Of a stretch of 64,000 bases of DNA, positions 40,317 to 54,100 are shown one piece after another. The notes beneath the pieces were generated by a model. The model had not been told where the DNA came from, made no database searches, and was given only the letters and a program-made list of their open reading frames with translations. The translations under genes were made by a program, and so were the position numbers. The first letter of the stretch is position 1, and each line of letters begins with the position of its first letter. The stretch covers positions 22,303,725-22,367,724 of the forward strand of contig CM120640.1 of NCBI GenBank assembly GCA_051362555.1. The letters run 5' to 3'. Source of the DNA: Lingula anatina. Its lineage: Eukaryota; Animalia; Brachiopoda.

Positions 40317-43087
40317 ATGGCGGACAAGGTAGAAAATGTACAGGCTGAGCATGCTGGAATTCCTAAAGCAGTTTTCGTGGTGAGTCTTAGAAGAATTCCT
40401 TCTTTTATATGATGCGATAAGTTAAGATTGATATTTTTCTTGACATAAAAAAACAGCAGCTGTCTGGAAAACTTCCTTTGGCAATATTATTAATGATTTT
40501 GAAGCCTATGTAAAGGTAGTTAGGGAAATTATGATAAAATTTAGTTAAAATAACAGTGTCAAGTTCTTTCCTTATATAGTTATTAGCCTTTATGTTGATA
40601 TACTTAGTGATTTGTATTAACAATATGGTTTCAACATCATGCTGTAATTCTGACACTTTTGATTATGTAAATAAAAGTATTTTCACCCTTTGCTTCACTC
40701 TAACCAGTTGCTTACATACACAGTGTATTATTTTGCCAGTGCTACTTAATTCTAGCAATTCTCATGATCTGTTGTTCAACACACCTTCAGAAACCAATGA
40801 TTGCAGTTTATTTTTCATTATGCTTTTTTCTCAGTACAAGAACTGAATTGCTCTTCTCAGTGACCTGTTAATGTCACAGATTGAGAACCAGGCAGTAATT
40901 AAAAATTTGTTTGGATTGCAATCTGGTCTGCAATACTTGAGAAGTATGTCTAGAACAGGATACTAATAGGTACTAGTACAGGTCTCTGAGCAAATTAAAC
41001 TTGTTTCTAATTTAAAGAAGAATAGGTAATCAGCTTGACTTACTAAAGCAAAATGGTCCTTTAACCATAAATAAAAATATAATAGGATGTCACCACCCTG
41101 CTAACTTGTTAAATAGATTAATATTTTATATAGAACTTATAATGATAGTCACTTTCTTTGACTTAATGAGGATGGCCTATGCTGCTTGGACACCAAGAGT
41201 GCATTCCCAGAGAATTAGATTGATCCATCTAGATCGACCTAACTCCCTGGGGGTTCACGCTAAATTGCAGTCAGCCAAGTGCGCACGACAGTTAATTACC
41301 CCCTTACAGCTTTTAGTAGGCAGGACAGACGCTTAAGCCGGCTAAGCTGACAGTAATCTAGTGAGACTCTCCATAGGGACACATCAATCTAAAATCTGTG
41401 GGATGGGGTTTAAGTCAGTACAGAGAATTCTTATTATTAAAGAGCCCCTATTTTCACAGTTAAGACAGACCAGTGGTAGGAAGTGTCATATCAAGTTATG
41501 GGTGATTAGTTTACAGCTTGGTTTTATCAATTTATTCTCAACTGATCCATCGAAAGATTTGAAAAAAACTTGCAATAAAAGAAGAAAATTGGTCCAGGTG
41601 TTTAGGCAAACAGCATTGAAGATAGTAAAAACTATACCCCGGTATATAATTCCTTAAGCACTTACTAGTAATTGTTATTTCAAATTTATATATATTTATT
41701 AAATCACACTTAGTATTTGCTTTGTATTTTATGATTGCAGGAAGATGTAGATGCATTTATGAAATTGCAAGAAAATGAAGTTCCAGAAACTGTTCTTAAA
41801 CGATTAGATGAACAACATAATAAATACAAGTTTATGGAATATAATCTTATGACAAAAAGAGGCAGGTATGTAAGAGAGCCTTTATTTTTGATAATCAATA
41901 TTATTAAATGTTTTGTTACCTAATTAAATTATACACATCCATGCACACACACATTGATATTGATGGACTGATCTTTGCATTTTCATTTCTTTGATTCAGT
42001 TGAAAATGTTTTTCTTATTTCAGACTTAAGAGTCAAGTGCCAGATATAAGAAGTACACTAGATATTGTCAAACATATGATTTCAAAAAAGGTAAATTTAT
42101 ACATTTTAACTTATTTTGATATTTAGATTTTAATAGATGTATATAAAGACTTACAAAAATTTTATAAAAGAAAAATTTTTTTTGCACGTGCCTAGCAGTA
42201 TGTGTATGCCTTCTTTTTTTTTTCATTTGAATTTCAGTTGAAGTAAAATGACCAACTTATTAATGTAATCAATATGTGTAATGATAATTGTTGTTCAATG
42301 TTTACCTGAAGATATCATTAAGGTTGTTATACCTTAGATTTTCTCTGGACATAATTGAAAACACAACTATTTTCTTTTTCAGGACTCTTCTGAAACCCTG
42401 GAGACGAGGTTTCTTTTGTCTGACCAGCTATATGCAAAGGCCAAAATTCCACCAACAGATAAAGTGTGTTTATGGTTAGGGGTGAGTGTCACTGCATTTT
42501 TTTTTTTTTAATACAGTTTCATACAATTTCAAGTGAATAAAATTTGGACTATCAGAGAATAGAAATGTCTCAGATAATTTGTGTGCGTCATTATGAGTCA
42601 TTTTGAATTTATGGACTACTTCATGTGTAAAATGATGTGATATATTGTAACAGTGAAATTTGTTGATATTACAGGCCAATGTTATGTTAGAATATACCAT
42701 AGATGATGCAGAAGCACTTCTAACCAAAAATCTTGAGGCAGCTACTAAAACACTAGCTCAGGTAGAGGAAGATTTGGGCTTCCTGAGAGACCAAACAACA
42801 ACAATAGAAGTCAGTATCCTTTTTGCTGCCAAGATTATGAGAATTTTATGTATAACATTTTTATGTATAGCATATTCGAAAATGGTTGCCATATTCTGTG
42901 AATTAACTACTGTATGAATCAATTTTCACCCAAAGCACAAGTTTACCCTTGTTCTGGTTTTTGCATGCAGTAAGTCCTTAACTGATGCTCAGACATGGCA
43001 CGTGTATATAACTGGGACGTTAAGCGCCGGCAAGCACTGAAATCTGCTACTGCTGCACCAACCCCCACTGCTACTCCATCCTCCTGA
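40317..43087 (+). CDS. VBP1: Prefoldin subunit 3 (VHL-binding protein 1); 6 exons
   Basis: GIPKAVFV/EDVDAFMK...LKRLDEQHNKYKFMEYNL/...ETRFLLSDQLYAKAKIPPTDKVCLWLG/ANVMLEYTIDDAEALLTKNL...FLRDQTTTIEV/NMARVYNWDVKRR. Confidence 0.96.
42814..42992 (+). other. U12-type (minor spliceosome) GT-AG intron, last intron of VBP1
   Basis: 5' site GTATCCTTT, branch point TCCTTAAC (42975-42982) 10 nt before the intron end, and no polypyrimidine tract. Removal restores EVNMARVYNWDV. Confidence 0.93.
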
Positions 43088-45161
43088 TGATTGTCAAGAC
43101 TTTGTTCTGAGCTTGTTTGTGAACAACCGTACACCTCCTGGCAATTTTCTGAGGGTTTACTGAGTAACACCCACTCATCTTTAGTACATAAACAGTCATG
43201 TCAATGTGTGCATGTGTCACAGCACTTAGACAATTTTTTTTTCTCATTCTTTGGAATGCTAGAAGTGTTGAAGCTTTGATGTAGTTGATGGAGCAGAGAA
43301 TTTGGACAGACCCTGGATGTTGAGGATTTCCACATTGCCGTGAAGACTGAAAATGGCAGTCAGACCTGCATTCCATGTGATTTTTTTCTTCATGCATTGT
43401 TTTGGGGAGACAATTACAATAATTGGAGTTTCAGTTTAAAGTTCTTTATGCTAGGTAGACATAGGTCATATAAGAGAAAAGGCATATGATTTATCACATG
43501 AAAATGCTTCACTGACCTAAAATCGGGTCACATGCAAGGGATGTTTGTTGATACATCTTCATATGGCAGAGGCAATGTCCAGGCATGAATTTTGTGATCT
43601 GAAGTCCTAGTAAATTTGAGCATTTGTTCATCTGCAGATGTACTCTGTTTTATTAACAGAATCTTTTGTAATAAATTTCTCTACCAGTGTGCTTCATAAC
43701 ATTTGTTGTTATTTGGAAAGAGATGTTAAAGGAATTGTGGAATTTACTTTCAGAATATGGCCTGAAACAATGCATTAGGTAAATTCACTGCAATGTTTTC
43801 AATATCAAATTTACAGTTAAACTTTTTTCCTTGAGAGCACGCATGCAAACAGATAATAAAATAATAATTTCTGTTAAACACGGCACATATTTGAAGCATT
43901 TATTGCATAAATATAGGCTAGCTATTCCTCATTTCAGAAGTTACTATCACAAGCATTATTACTAATACGTAGTTGTAATAAAAACACGGGATCACATTTA
44001 TCAATATTTTGTGTGAAGGAAACTGCAACAGAGAAATATGTATTTTATCAAATTGTATTTTTTGATAAATATCCTGTTAGGATTAAATCTACACACGTTC
44101 TTCACTATTGACAGTTGATGATTGGGCAGGTCTGTAAACAAGGAAGAATTTGAGTATGGATCTGGTTCGAGGAACTGCATTTTTATCACACAACAATAAT
44201 ATGGCACTGTGCCCCTAGAGCAGTTAAGACAAGCACAGGGAGAAGACAACAAGCCACACATTTCTTGTGGAAGATGCAGGAGGCTTACTTTTTGTTTAGA
44301 GCACATCTCGGATCAAGTGAAATTGAGTTGTTGATTTTTATTTCAAAATGAGAAATTTGATACACATTTTGCCTTGAGAACAAAATGAAAATAAAGTGAT
44401 TTTTGAGTAGTTGGTATTTGGGAAATATGTATTTTATTAGGCATTTCCTGTTCGGTTAAATAATGTCATACATACCATTAAAAAAAGAAAAGTTCAAGGT
44501 AGTTGCCTCTCAAGCACTCAAACAAAGTTATCATTTAATTCAAAAATAAGTTGAAAGTTTAAATTTTCTCTTTAAACAGATTAGAGGTAGAGATGCAGGA
44601 AAATTTTTGCCTGTTATCAGTTGGAATTGTTCTTACAAAGAAATGAATAATCACATTTTTTCACATTGCAGAAAGGAAAGGATTGGTATGATGGAAAGAT
44701 GGAGCCAAGATTCACAACCACTAAAGAGCACTGTTTGGCTTGTTGTTTTGAAGGAAGTAAAATATTCCTATATCCCTGATCTATTATAAGATATGTCAGT
44801 AAATTATCACATATATAATATTGAATAGAGAAATCTACAAATAAAACCATAAATAGCAGAAATTGCATGATATGCATTTTCAAAGAAACATAAAATATAT
44901 ATTTAAATGATTAAATAGCAAATGTTTATTCTTGACAGACTCTGAATGGCAAGTTCAGTTTTTATCACTGAATGTCAAGAAAAATCAAGATGATACTAAA
45001 ATTGCAAATATGGCAATGTCTTCAGGCAACTTGGAACCTTTCAACTTTTGTATTTCAGTGCAAGTCTTTCCGGGCCAGTTCTTATGTAACTTGAAAAAAA
45101 AAAATTCACCTCATTTCAGTTACATTTTGCACAATGTTCCCATGTTAGATGATGCAAGTTT

Positions 45162-48100
45162 TTACTGATGTTCTGCCATCTTTGGGCCAAACATTGGACC
45201 CTTGTAGTCAGGACGGTGTCTTGCCTGAAAATATAAATATTAGAAATAATGAAATATTTTATTTCTCCTATAAATTGCAGAATTGTCCATGATATTTAGA
45301 TTTTATAATTTTTATTATGTACTAAGCTCTTAACGAATGCCATTTTTTTTCTTCTCCATGAACACCATTTTTAAATGGGTAAACTGTTCATGTGGCATAG
45401 TCTCAGGATGGGGTGCATTTTAGTGAAAAGCTAGATATACAATGAAACAGAAATAATATTAAGTCACTATTGATTGGGGTTTTCTTTTATGTTGTCATTG
45501 TTTTCTACTGTATTCAGGTGTACTTGGCCCTTACTGTGCGTCCTAGTGCCATGAGAGTCATGGTAACCTGGCTTATATCTTTCTTCTCCCAGAGATCTAC
45601 AGTTTGGAAGACATCCTCCTCGGGGACTCCATAGTGCTTCAGTGCCTGCTGGAATGCCTCAATGTTCTGCATCAGAGTGAATGCCCCGCCCTTGGTGTGG
45701 ATTCTCTTCACACTCCCTGGGGCCAAGGCGTTGATTAAGCTGGGAGGAAAAGAAAGTTGGGGTTGGTTTTGAGGTGTGAGTGTAAGAAAAATATGCAATA
45801 ATACCAGTGCATTAGGAAAGTGTAAATTTCTCTCCCAGAAGTTCTTTCTCTTTCATGAAAATGGTGTTTCTCTCTGTGAGGAAGGACTATTTTGGGAATG
45901 ATGATTCATGTTACAAATGAGGCATCAACATTTGTTTTAACCTTGCTTAAAATTGTTTATTTTGCAAATTAAATGTTCACCTTTTTTTCATTTGCATAAC
46001 TTATTTCCTTATTTTAGATAATTATTAGGTATTTATTGTTATGCATAGTGTTGTGTGTTGTATTTGCCACCAAACAGTACAAATAGGTATATTAAAGAGG
46101 CTGTTTGTGATTTTCTCTTCTTTTTTTATTTTGTTTTTTTTTTTAATGTACACAATAAAACTGTTCCCAGGCTAAAAAAAATTTTACTTGAAATGTGAAA
46201 AATTGAAAGAATATATGATGGTGTTCATTTAGTTTAGACCAAGAGACAAAACGTGGCCTCTAAAATTTTTATTAACAGGCAGTTAATAAATATATATGCT
46301 GTGTTTTCTGCTGAATTAATGATGCTCATAATGACACATAAAATGTTCTGTTCTACATAGTTTTTTAAATTTATGAACATTTATTTTCATAGAAAGCATG
46401 ACAGAAATCTCGACTCAAGGCTACTCTGTACCAGAGGCCAGCTGGGTTTTGATGTCATTTTGTGCAAAATTCCTCACATGACAGAAATGCGAACTGAATT
46501 AGCCAGGAAAACATCTGCATATATCTGGAGTCAAAAGATCTCTCCTGCCCTGGTAAAGGTAATACGAGGCCATGCTAACTCTGAACTGATGTAATATTAT
46601 GGAGTTCATATACGTAAATGATTTGACACAAAGCATTTCAGGCCCCCAAAACTTGTTTTTGGAATGGCAATTTTAATTTGACTAATATTCTTACAAAGGT
46701 TAATAACATGTTTACTGCTTTTTTATGTTTTTTTGGTGTGTTTGTGGTACAGGAGCACATCATACTGCTGATTTTAATCTCACTTTTGATATTTCATCTT
46801 CACCTCTCCACCTCACCCATGTAATTATTCAAGGCACTGTATCCACATGCATTTTCCTTTTATTTATTTACATATTTATTTTATTTATTTATTTGTGGTC
46901 CAGATTGTAATTTTCATTTATTGCCATAAACAACCCCTGCGCATGATCTTAATTTTTTCTACAATGTGAAGTTGGGATATTTCAGATGTTGCATACAAAA
47001 GTCATGAAAGTTTTATCCTTAACAAAACTGACTTTTTGAACACGAACAGTGCCCTTTAAGTTACTCTGATAAGGAAGAGTAAGCAACAGAAAGTGTGTAA
47101 AACAAATTGGCATAACTAAGGTCATGATTTATTCGTAACTTAAAGTAATTTGGATTTCTTAAAAGAAAATAATTTCTGTTATGGTTTTCAAAATTTAACC
47201 AAATAATTGTTAATGGTAACCAAAATGAAATGATGAAATTTTCCTTGAGACAAATAATGCACAATGTATGAAAGGAAAATTTTGATAAACTTGGGACTAT
47301 GTATGAAGATCTCTTTATGTTCATCAACCTGTGTCAATATTTGTTTACTGCTTGTGTAACTATTTTAGACAACTGAATTTCTAAAGGTAGTTTATATTTT
47401 GATAAAGCATGGCGTGAAAGGTAGAATGAGATATCCATGCATTAAAAGTAGTTAAAACATTGATAAACAACTGGAACTTAATCCTGTAATAAATAGTTTA
47501 AATTTTACAACAGGTATACCCAAATGAAATTTCTTTTCAGCATAAGTGTTGAGCAATAGTGTTATTGAATCGATTTGCTGAATTGACACAAAATGCTGTA
47601 ATCATTCCTGAAAAAATCAAGCAATGATGTCAAACCATTTGTTGGGTTGGGCTTCATTTCAGCTTAAGGGATGCTGTAAAAGAAAAGAATAAAGGAGTAA
47701 ATGATAACTGGAAGAAAACTGCTTGAATAGCTGATTTTGTGCCCCAGTGGAAGGTTAGTAAAAGCCATTCGAGTCCGACTATAAGCATAATTCTTTAGTA
47801 ATTGGTGTACATATCTGAGCCCTGGCTGCAAATTTAAACTGTTGTTAATAGGGTTAAACAGTTTAGCTAATAAAAAAAATGAAATAATAATAATAATAAT
47901 AAAATTGTTAATAAAGCTTTATTTGGCAGAGATTATTATTGCTAAAACAACACTTTTTTTAAGGGTGAGTGCAGGTTATAAATTCCCTTAGTAAAGTAGT
48001 TCCAATGTGTAAATGGAGCAGCCTTTTTTCAACCAGTCGTAAGCAGTTTGTTGCATGTGCTCAGAGGTGTGACTGCCATGGGCATGCACACATAGCATAT

Positions 48101-51100
48101 CACACCAAGCATAGGTATATGCAGAACAAAGCAGTATCTGTGCTCCACGTGTCAGGAATATTTGAATAAAATATTTAGGTTGGAAGCTGAGGCAATATTG
48201 AATAAAGGGGCGGAATTACCTTGTGTAAAATAAGTGAAGACGCATAACTTTCATGCCAGTAACCAATAGAAAAGGCAGAACTGTAGGATTGTTATTTAGG
48301 GTATTTGTTGCAGAAACAGCAAAATGCTATAGGAGATGTTAAGTAAATGGGGCACTTTTGTTCTGTGAAGACACTAATTCATCTTCAGGAAAATTCATGA
48401 TAATGGAGAAAAACTTGTTAAAAATATTCAGTGTTTATGTAGATTTCTCATGGACATTAAAACTTTTAAATGGGAGACTATATATGGCTTGGGTATTTTT
48501 CAGATTTTTATTTTTTATTTAATTAATATGTGTTTAGTTAATTTTTTATGTGGATTGGATTTTATGTTACTTGCCATAAGCTGAGAGAAAATAGTGTCCA
48601 GTAAGATCTTAGGAACAGGCTGGTACGAAGAAAGAAAAGTGTTAACTAGTTCAAACATTTTAATTGTATAAATAAGTATTGCATTGAATATGATGACAAA
48701 CACAAATAAAAAATATCAAGACATTGGAATAGCAAGTAATTTGCTGATTTATTAAAACTGCTTCAAGGTAATACAAATGTTTTCTTTTTTCTTCCCTTCC
48801 AAAAGCAGCATGTAATAAAATATTTTACAAATGATTTACAAATGATGATTCTAGAAATTGTAATGTTTTCATAATGCATGGAAGGGGTAATTTCAAATTG
48901 ATTATATACCCAGATTCTGAGGTTGTCTTAAGCATTTATTTGGTCTATTCCTATTCATTTTTCTTAAAGAGACAGAGTTTATGTTAAAGGTTTAAGTCCC
49001 TTAGTCTTAAAAGACACCAAGTGCAAAGTTCAGACAAATCATTCTGTCATCTTTCTCAGCACAAACAGTTTCTAGTTCTAATCATAAACCAATATCCATG
49101 TTGCTGTTGACAACTATCTCCATGGCAACTTTAAACATTCTATCTTTAACTGGTAACAATCTCCTCCCTTCAGGGAGCTTTGTGTGCTGTCAGAGATGAG
49201 AGAAAGCCTCCGAGATATTGATGACCAAAGTTTGTTCGGTGTGGTACATCTGTCTCTAAGCTGCAAACTGCAGACTTAGTGAGGTTTGGGTCCAAAAACG
49301 GGTCCAGAGTAGTCGGACTTTGTCTGTGCCTAGAAAATAGCAAATATCTAGCAGTATAATCACTAAATTCCAAATGTAGGTGTATCAAAATTACTATGTT
49401 TATAGTGTTGTTATGGTTACAGTGATGTCCATCAAAATGTATGTCAGAAAACGCCTTGTTATTTTTCATGAAAATCCCATATCACAAGACAATACTGACA
49501 CTGATAGATGCAATATGAAAGTCAGTCAATATTGTTAGAGTTTTTAAAATTCCATGCTTATGTTGGCAGTCAGTATAATGATGATGTCTTGGGCAGAATG
49601 CACAGATGTTCATATAGCGTGCTATCATTGGCTAGTCCACAATGTGGCGCGTATTTCCAATATTCATGCCAGACTGGCTTGCCCCCTGATTTGAACCCAT
49701 CTGCAATCCAATAATTGTTTGTCCTGCTCTCATTTGCTCATCTGTAAATTGGCGAACATTCTTTTCTGCGGGCTTTGGTCCAAAAATGGGTCCATTATAT
49801 TCAGGATGCCTTTGGCACTAGAAAAAGGATACATGCAGCCTGCTAGTAAAAAATGTTAGATTATACAACAAAATCAAACAAGCATGTTCTTAAAAACAAT
49901 ATAATTAAAGCATTTGTTTACAATACTGAATGTGGCTTGACTATGGGAAAATTGATTTCATCAGTTCAAACAATTTAGAGATCGATTTTGACAGAAAACC
50001 ATCTCTAAAAGATTTTATGAACAACTAAACCAAAAATTTTGAAATAATGCCTCAGAATTGGAATTGAAAGAAAATAGAGAAAAAAGTTTGAAAGAATTTG
50101 AAGATGAAAAGAAAATTGTGTACAGTGGAGCAGATGATATTCATTGGTCTGCCCTGATGAAATATGAAGGAAATTGGTTGGGTACAACAAGCAGAAAAAA
50201 ATGCCTACTATTGTAAAAAAAAAAAAAATAGAACAGTAAAAATCAAGGCGTTTAATAATGAGCTAAGCTAGGTACATTTCTATTGCAAAAAAAAAAAAAA
50301 AAATGTACAAATAAATGATAACTGTCATTTCTTAAACACAAAATTTCCAAATTCAATGATTATGAGAAAATCCTATTTTATCCATAACATATTTCTATCC
50401 ACTGAAGCCAGGTTTTAAAAAAGGGAAAGTGTAGACAGTGTTGTGGAATGAAATGAAGTAAAAGCTGGCATCATGATCCATGCAGTATTAGTTGGTTAGT
50501 ACAAAGCAGAGTGCAATTTGAAGTTGTGAATGCGTGGGCAATAAAAAGTGTGACACGTATCTTGCCGGGAGAAGGAAACGAGAATCTGCTTTTATTACCA
50601 TTGTGATTTAAAAAAAAAATACTTACACATGTGCCCAAAGCCTGGAGTGCATTTGTTACAGCGGGGATGTTCCTCTTCTCCCACAAGTCTACACTCTGGA
50701 ACAAATCCTCCTTGCGGCAGCCGTAATCAACACATGCTTGTGTGAACTGCTCAAGGTTGGCCATCAGCAGGAAAGCGCCACCGGATTTGTTCACCTTTTT
50801 CACTGAGCCTGGTTTCAGTGCGTTGATCAGGCTGAAAAGCAGAATGGAGCGTTTGCAGGGACTCCAGCATACTCTTTATGTTGAAAATACATATTAGTAG
50901 TCAGACTTTTTTTTAAAAGTTGCCAACCACACGAAAACATAGCATACCCACTGCAACAATGCGTTCTGCAACGAAACAGCCATTGGCATTTGTTCTCTTG
51001 CACTAGAAATAGTCTTTACGAATACAATCTATTTTAATGTGCAAAAATTAACAAGGAAAAAGTGCACGATAAATTATAAAGGCATTGAATTTGTCTTGAA

Positions 51101-54100
51101 ATTCATTTACGAATTATTTGTTCTAGTTATCTAGGGAGGCACAAAATGTCTATACAATTTCAAATTTTGACAAGACCACCGATTTATCACGGTCTGCCTG
51201 TATTTGGCAGGTATTTGCATTTTACACCAGTCATAAAAATTGGTTCATATATAAAGCGTCACCAATAAAAATAAATCCTTGCAGTGAAAAGCCGTATTTA
51301 AGTTTTTTTTTCAGTTCGATTTTTCACGATCACAATGAAGGTTTTTGAAATTAAATAATTTATTTGTACCTCCCGTAAAATGAGTTAAACTTTTTACCTC
51401 AACTCAATTATTTACCAAAAAAAAGCAATTCACATTAGTGCAAATGTTCTGAAAACAAACGGTTTTTAACAAACGATACGCTTCTTTTTTTTTTAGTCAA
51501 GCATTCCAATCGCACTTAACTCCCATTATACGTTTAAAATATATTGCGTACTAGAATGGAATCTCAGGATAGATAACAGCAGTATTGAAGTATTCATTTC
51601 TTAGCATTATTCGTAGTTGTACGGGGATGGATGGAAATCACAGTGCAGCTAAAGCCCATAAAAAGCAATTGGAAATAAATAAGATAGGCAGATGATTTTT
51701 TCCAAAACCCTTTCTTATGGGTCCTGATAGGGATGCAAAGTGACAAGAGACGACATGGCCAGCATTCAGTAAATAAATCCCTGGAGATACTAGGTGGTCT
51801 GAGTAGCTAAAGTAGAACTGAACCACTGAGGAGATACTACAGAGAAGTCTTGCCGGAGACTAGGGTGCTTTGAAGAAGCTAAGCTCTAAAAAGAGTCACT
51901 GCACTACAAAACTGGATCTCGAAGAGTCTGGAACAAGAATGAGTGTACATAATAGGTCACGATGGAGGCACTGCACTACACACAGTTCAAAATTCACTTA
52001 CCATTTTACCTATCAGGCTTTACACAGGCCTCCTACGTGCGTGCCCTCCAGCTAAGTGGTCCGTTCACGTGTGTGGAATAGCCGTAAGTCTTTAAAGAAT
52101 GAAGAATGGGCTGTAAAACCTTTTTTCTAAATGTTATTTATTTCGAACAAGTTTCGAACGATTTACATATACAGAGGGAGTTCAAATATATGTGCATTGG
52201 ACTTTTGCCGGCAAGGTGTTTGCGCAAGATTGAGGACGGCACAGGTGTACTGAAAGTTGCCTAATTACAACCAAATTTAGGTAGTCGTCTAGGGAATTTT
52301 ATCTCTACGCAACGGGAAGATGTGCACACTGGGGCCCACAGCAATCTGAAGGGTGGACAGGGATTTCCTTTTCCTGAGCAGGGGCAGAGGTTACAGATAC
52401 TGCTTTGCGCATAGGATAATCATTTCGCAATCCATCGGGATTTTATTTTCTTACTGTTGGCTTTTTAAAGGTCATTTTTTCATCGCACCTATTTTTTATA
52501 GTGTAACGTACGTTAATACAAACAGAGCGTAAGCCAAGCGACACCACTTTCATTTGCATGCAAAGGAATGTATATGACCAGTAGATCTAAGAGTTTAATG
52601 CGAAATGCTCAGTGATAATTTCATGTATAGTCATTTGCGCTCTGGCGATTCCTTTTTGAAGTTCGTTTTCAGGGTTCTGCATATATTTCACTATATGTAT
52701 GTAAGGGAAGTGAATAAATAAAAAGAAAAAATTATTGTTGCGTTAGAAGCTTGAACATTTCACTTAAAGCTATGATTATTAATTATTTCACCACAAAGTA
52801 AATATTGTTTCCTTGCAAAAATAAATAAACATAAAATAAGGATTATAAAAAAAAGATATAAATAAATATATAAAGATCTCCGACACTTCTGGATGTAACA
52901 AATGATAATGAAACACTGGTTCATCATAACTAAACTTGTAAAATCAGTTTTATATTCGGAGATTAATTTATCATGGACCAAAGGATAAAACAACTGAAAC
53001 GTTAGGTGTTTGATCAGTAGGAAAGCTGATCTTTGAAGAAAAGAACATTTTGTCCTGAAGGGTGCGCACGCAATATTCGCATTGTTTTCAAAAGTTTTTT
53101 CGTTACATCTCTTTCATTTGTTACTCGTGCCGTTAAAAAAAAAATAAATAATAAAATAACAATAAAATAAAATAAAACGCGTACACACAGACACACACAC
53201 ACAAAGAGCAACACTCAGTGCAGAACAAATCATGTGGTCTACCCATTGGTGTGGTCATTTTGTGTTGTTCATTCAAAGGGACCGTCAGTGGGATTTACGC
53301 GAGGAAAGAAAAGAAAAATATCTTTGTGTCACCGAAAATCTCATAGTGATTAGTTACAAGCACTTGATTGAGTATCAAAAGAATGACCTGAATATACATA
53401 GTAAGGCAATCCTAGTATTTTTACTACGGATGTAGCTTCAGTGCAAGGATGGTGATTTCATTACTGACAAAAAGTCGCACCATGACATTGAGAGTAAAGT
53501 GCACGTTTAAGACAAAACCCTTACGGACGGTCCCTTAGGCAGGGCGGAGAGCGTCCACTGTAAATTACCAGACCAAATCTCAACAATATGGTACAAATAA
53601 AGGAGGTTTGAAAATTTGCATTTATTGGGGTTTACCCTCCCCCTTCCCCCGAAAAAAGAGGGGTTATTAATACACTCTCCGCCCTTAGATTAATGGCGTT
53701 TTCATAATATTTACTAGACCCCGTGCGTTCGTGTTGTTGAGGACATCTGGATAAGGGAGCGATGTGTGTCGTTTGCCTGAAACACCTGAAAGGTGAGTTA
53801 AAGGTAAGCAATGGACAGGAAACACCAAAGACTGATGTGAATGGACAAGCCAACAAAACATGGTTGGTAGTTTGCACCACGCGAGCCATGCGCACCCACA
53901 CTCACTTGCACAACACTACACCATCTCGAAGAACATCCTCGAAGGCGCCAGAAGGAACCGCCTGCCCAGTCACCGCACCGATCCAGTCAAGAGCTGCTTG
54001 TTCTAGTTCAGCATCGCGCTTGCCTGCAATCTATGATACAGGTGAAATGATTAGCAGCATAAATATATAACTGAACAAGGCCACAAGGGAACCCCTGTTA

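Noticed and set aside
49820-49832. GTATCCTTTT (U12 donor-like) on the minus strand before E4a
   Set aside because: It forms the pyrimidine tract of the E4a acceptor; no matching U12 branch point or sensible exon was seen.
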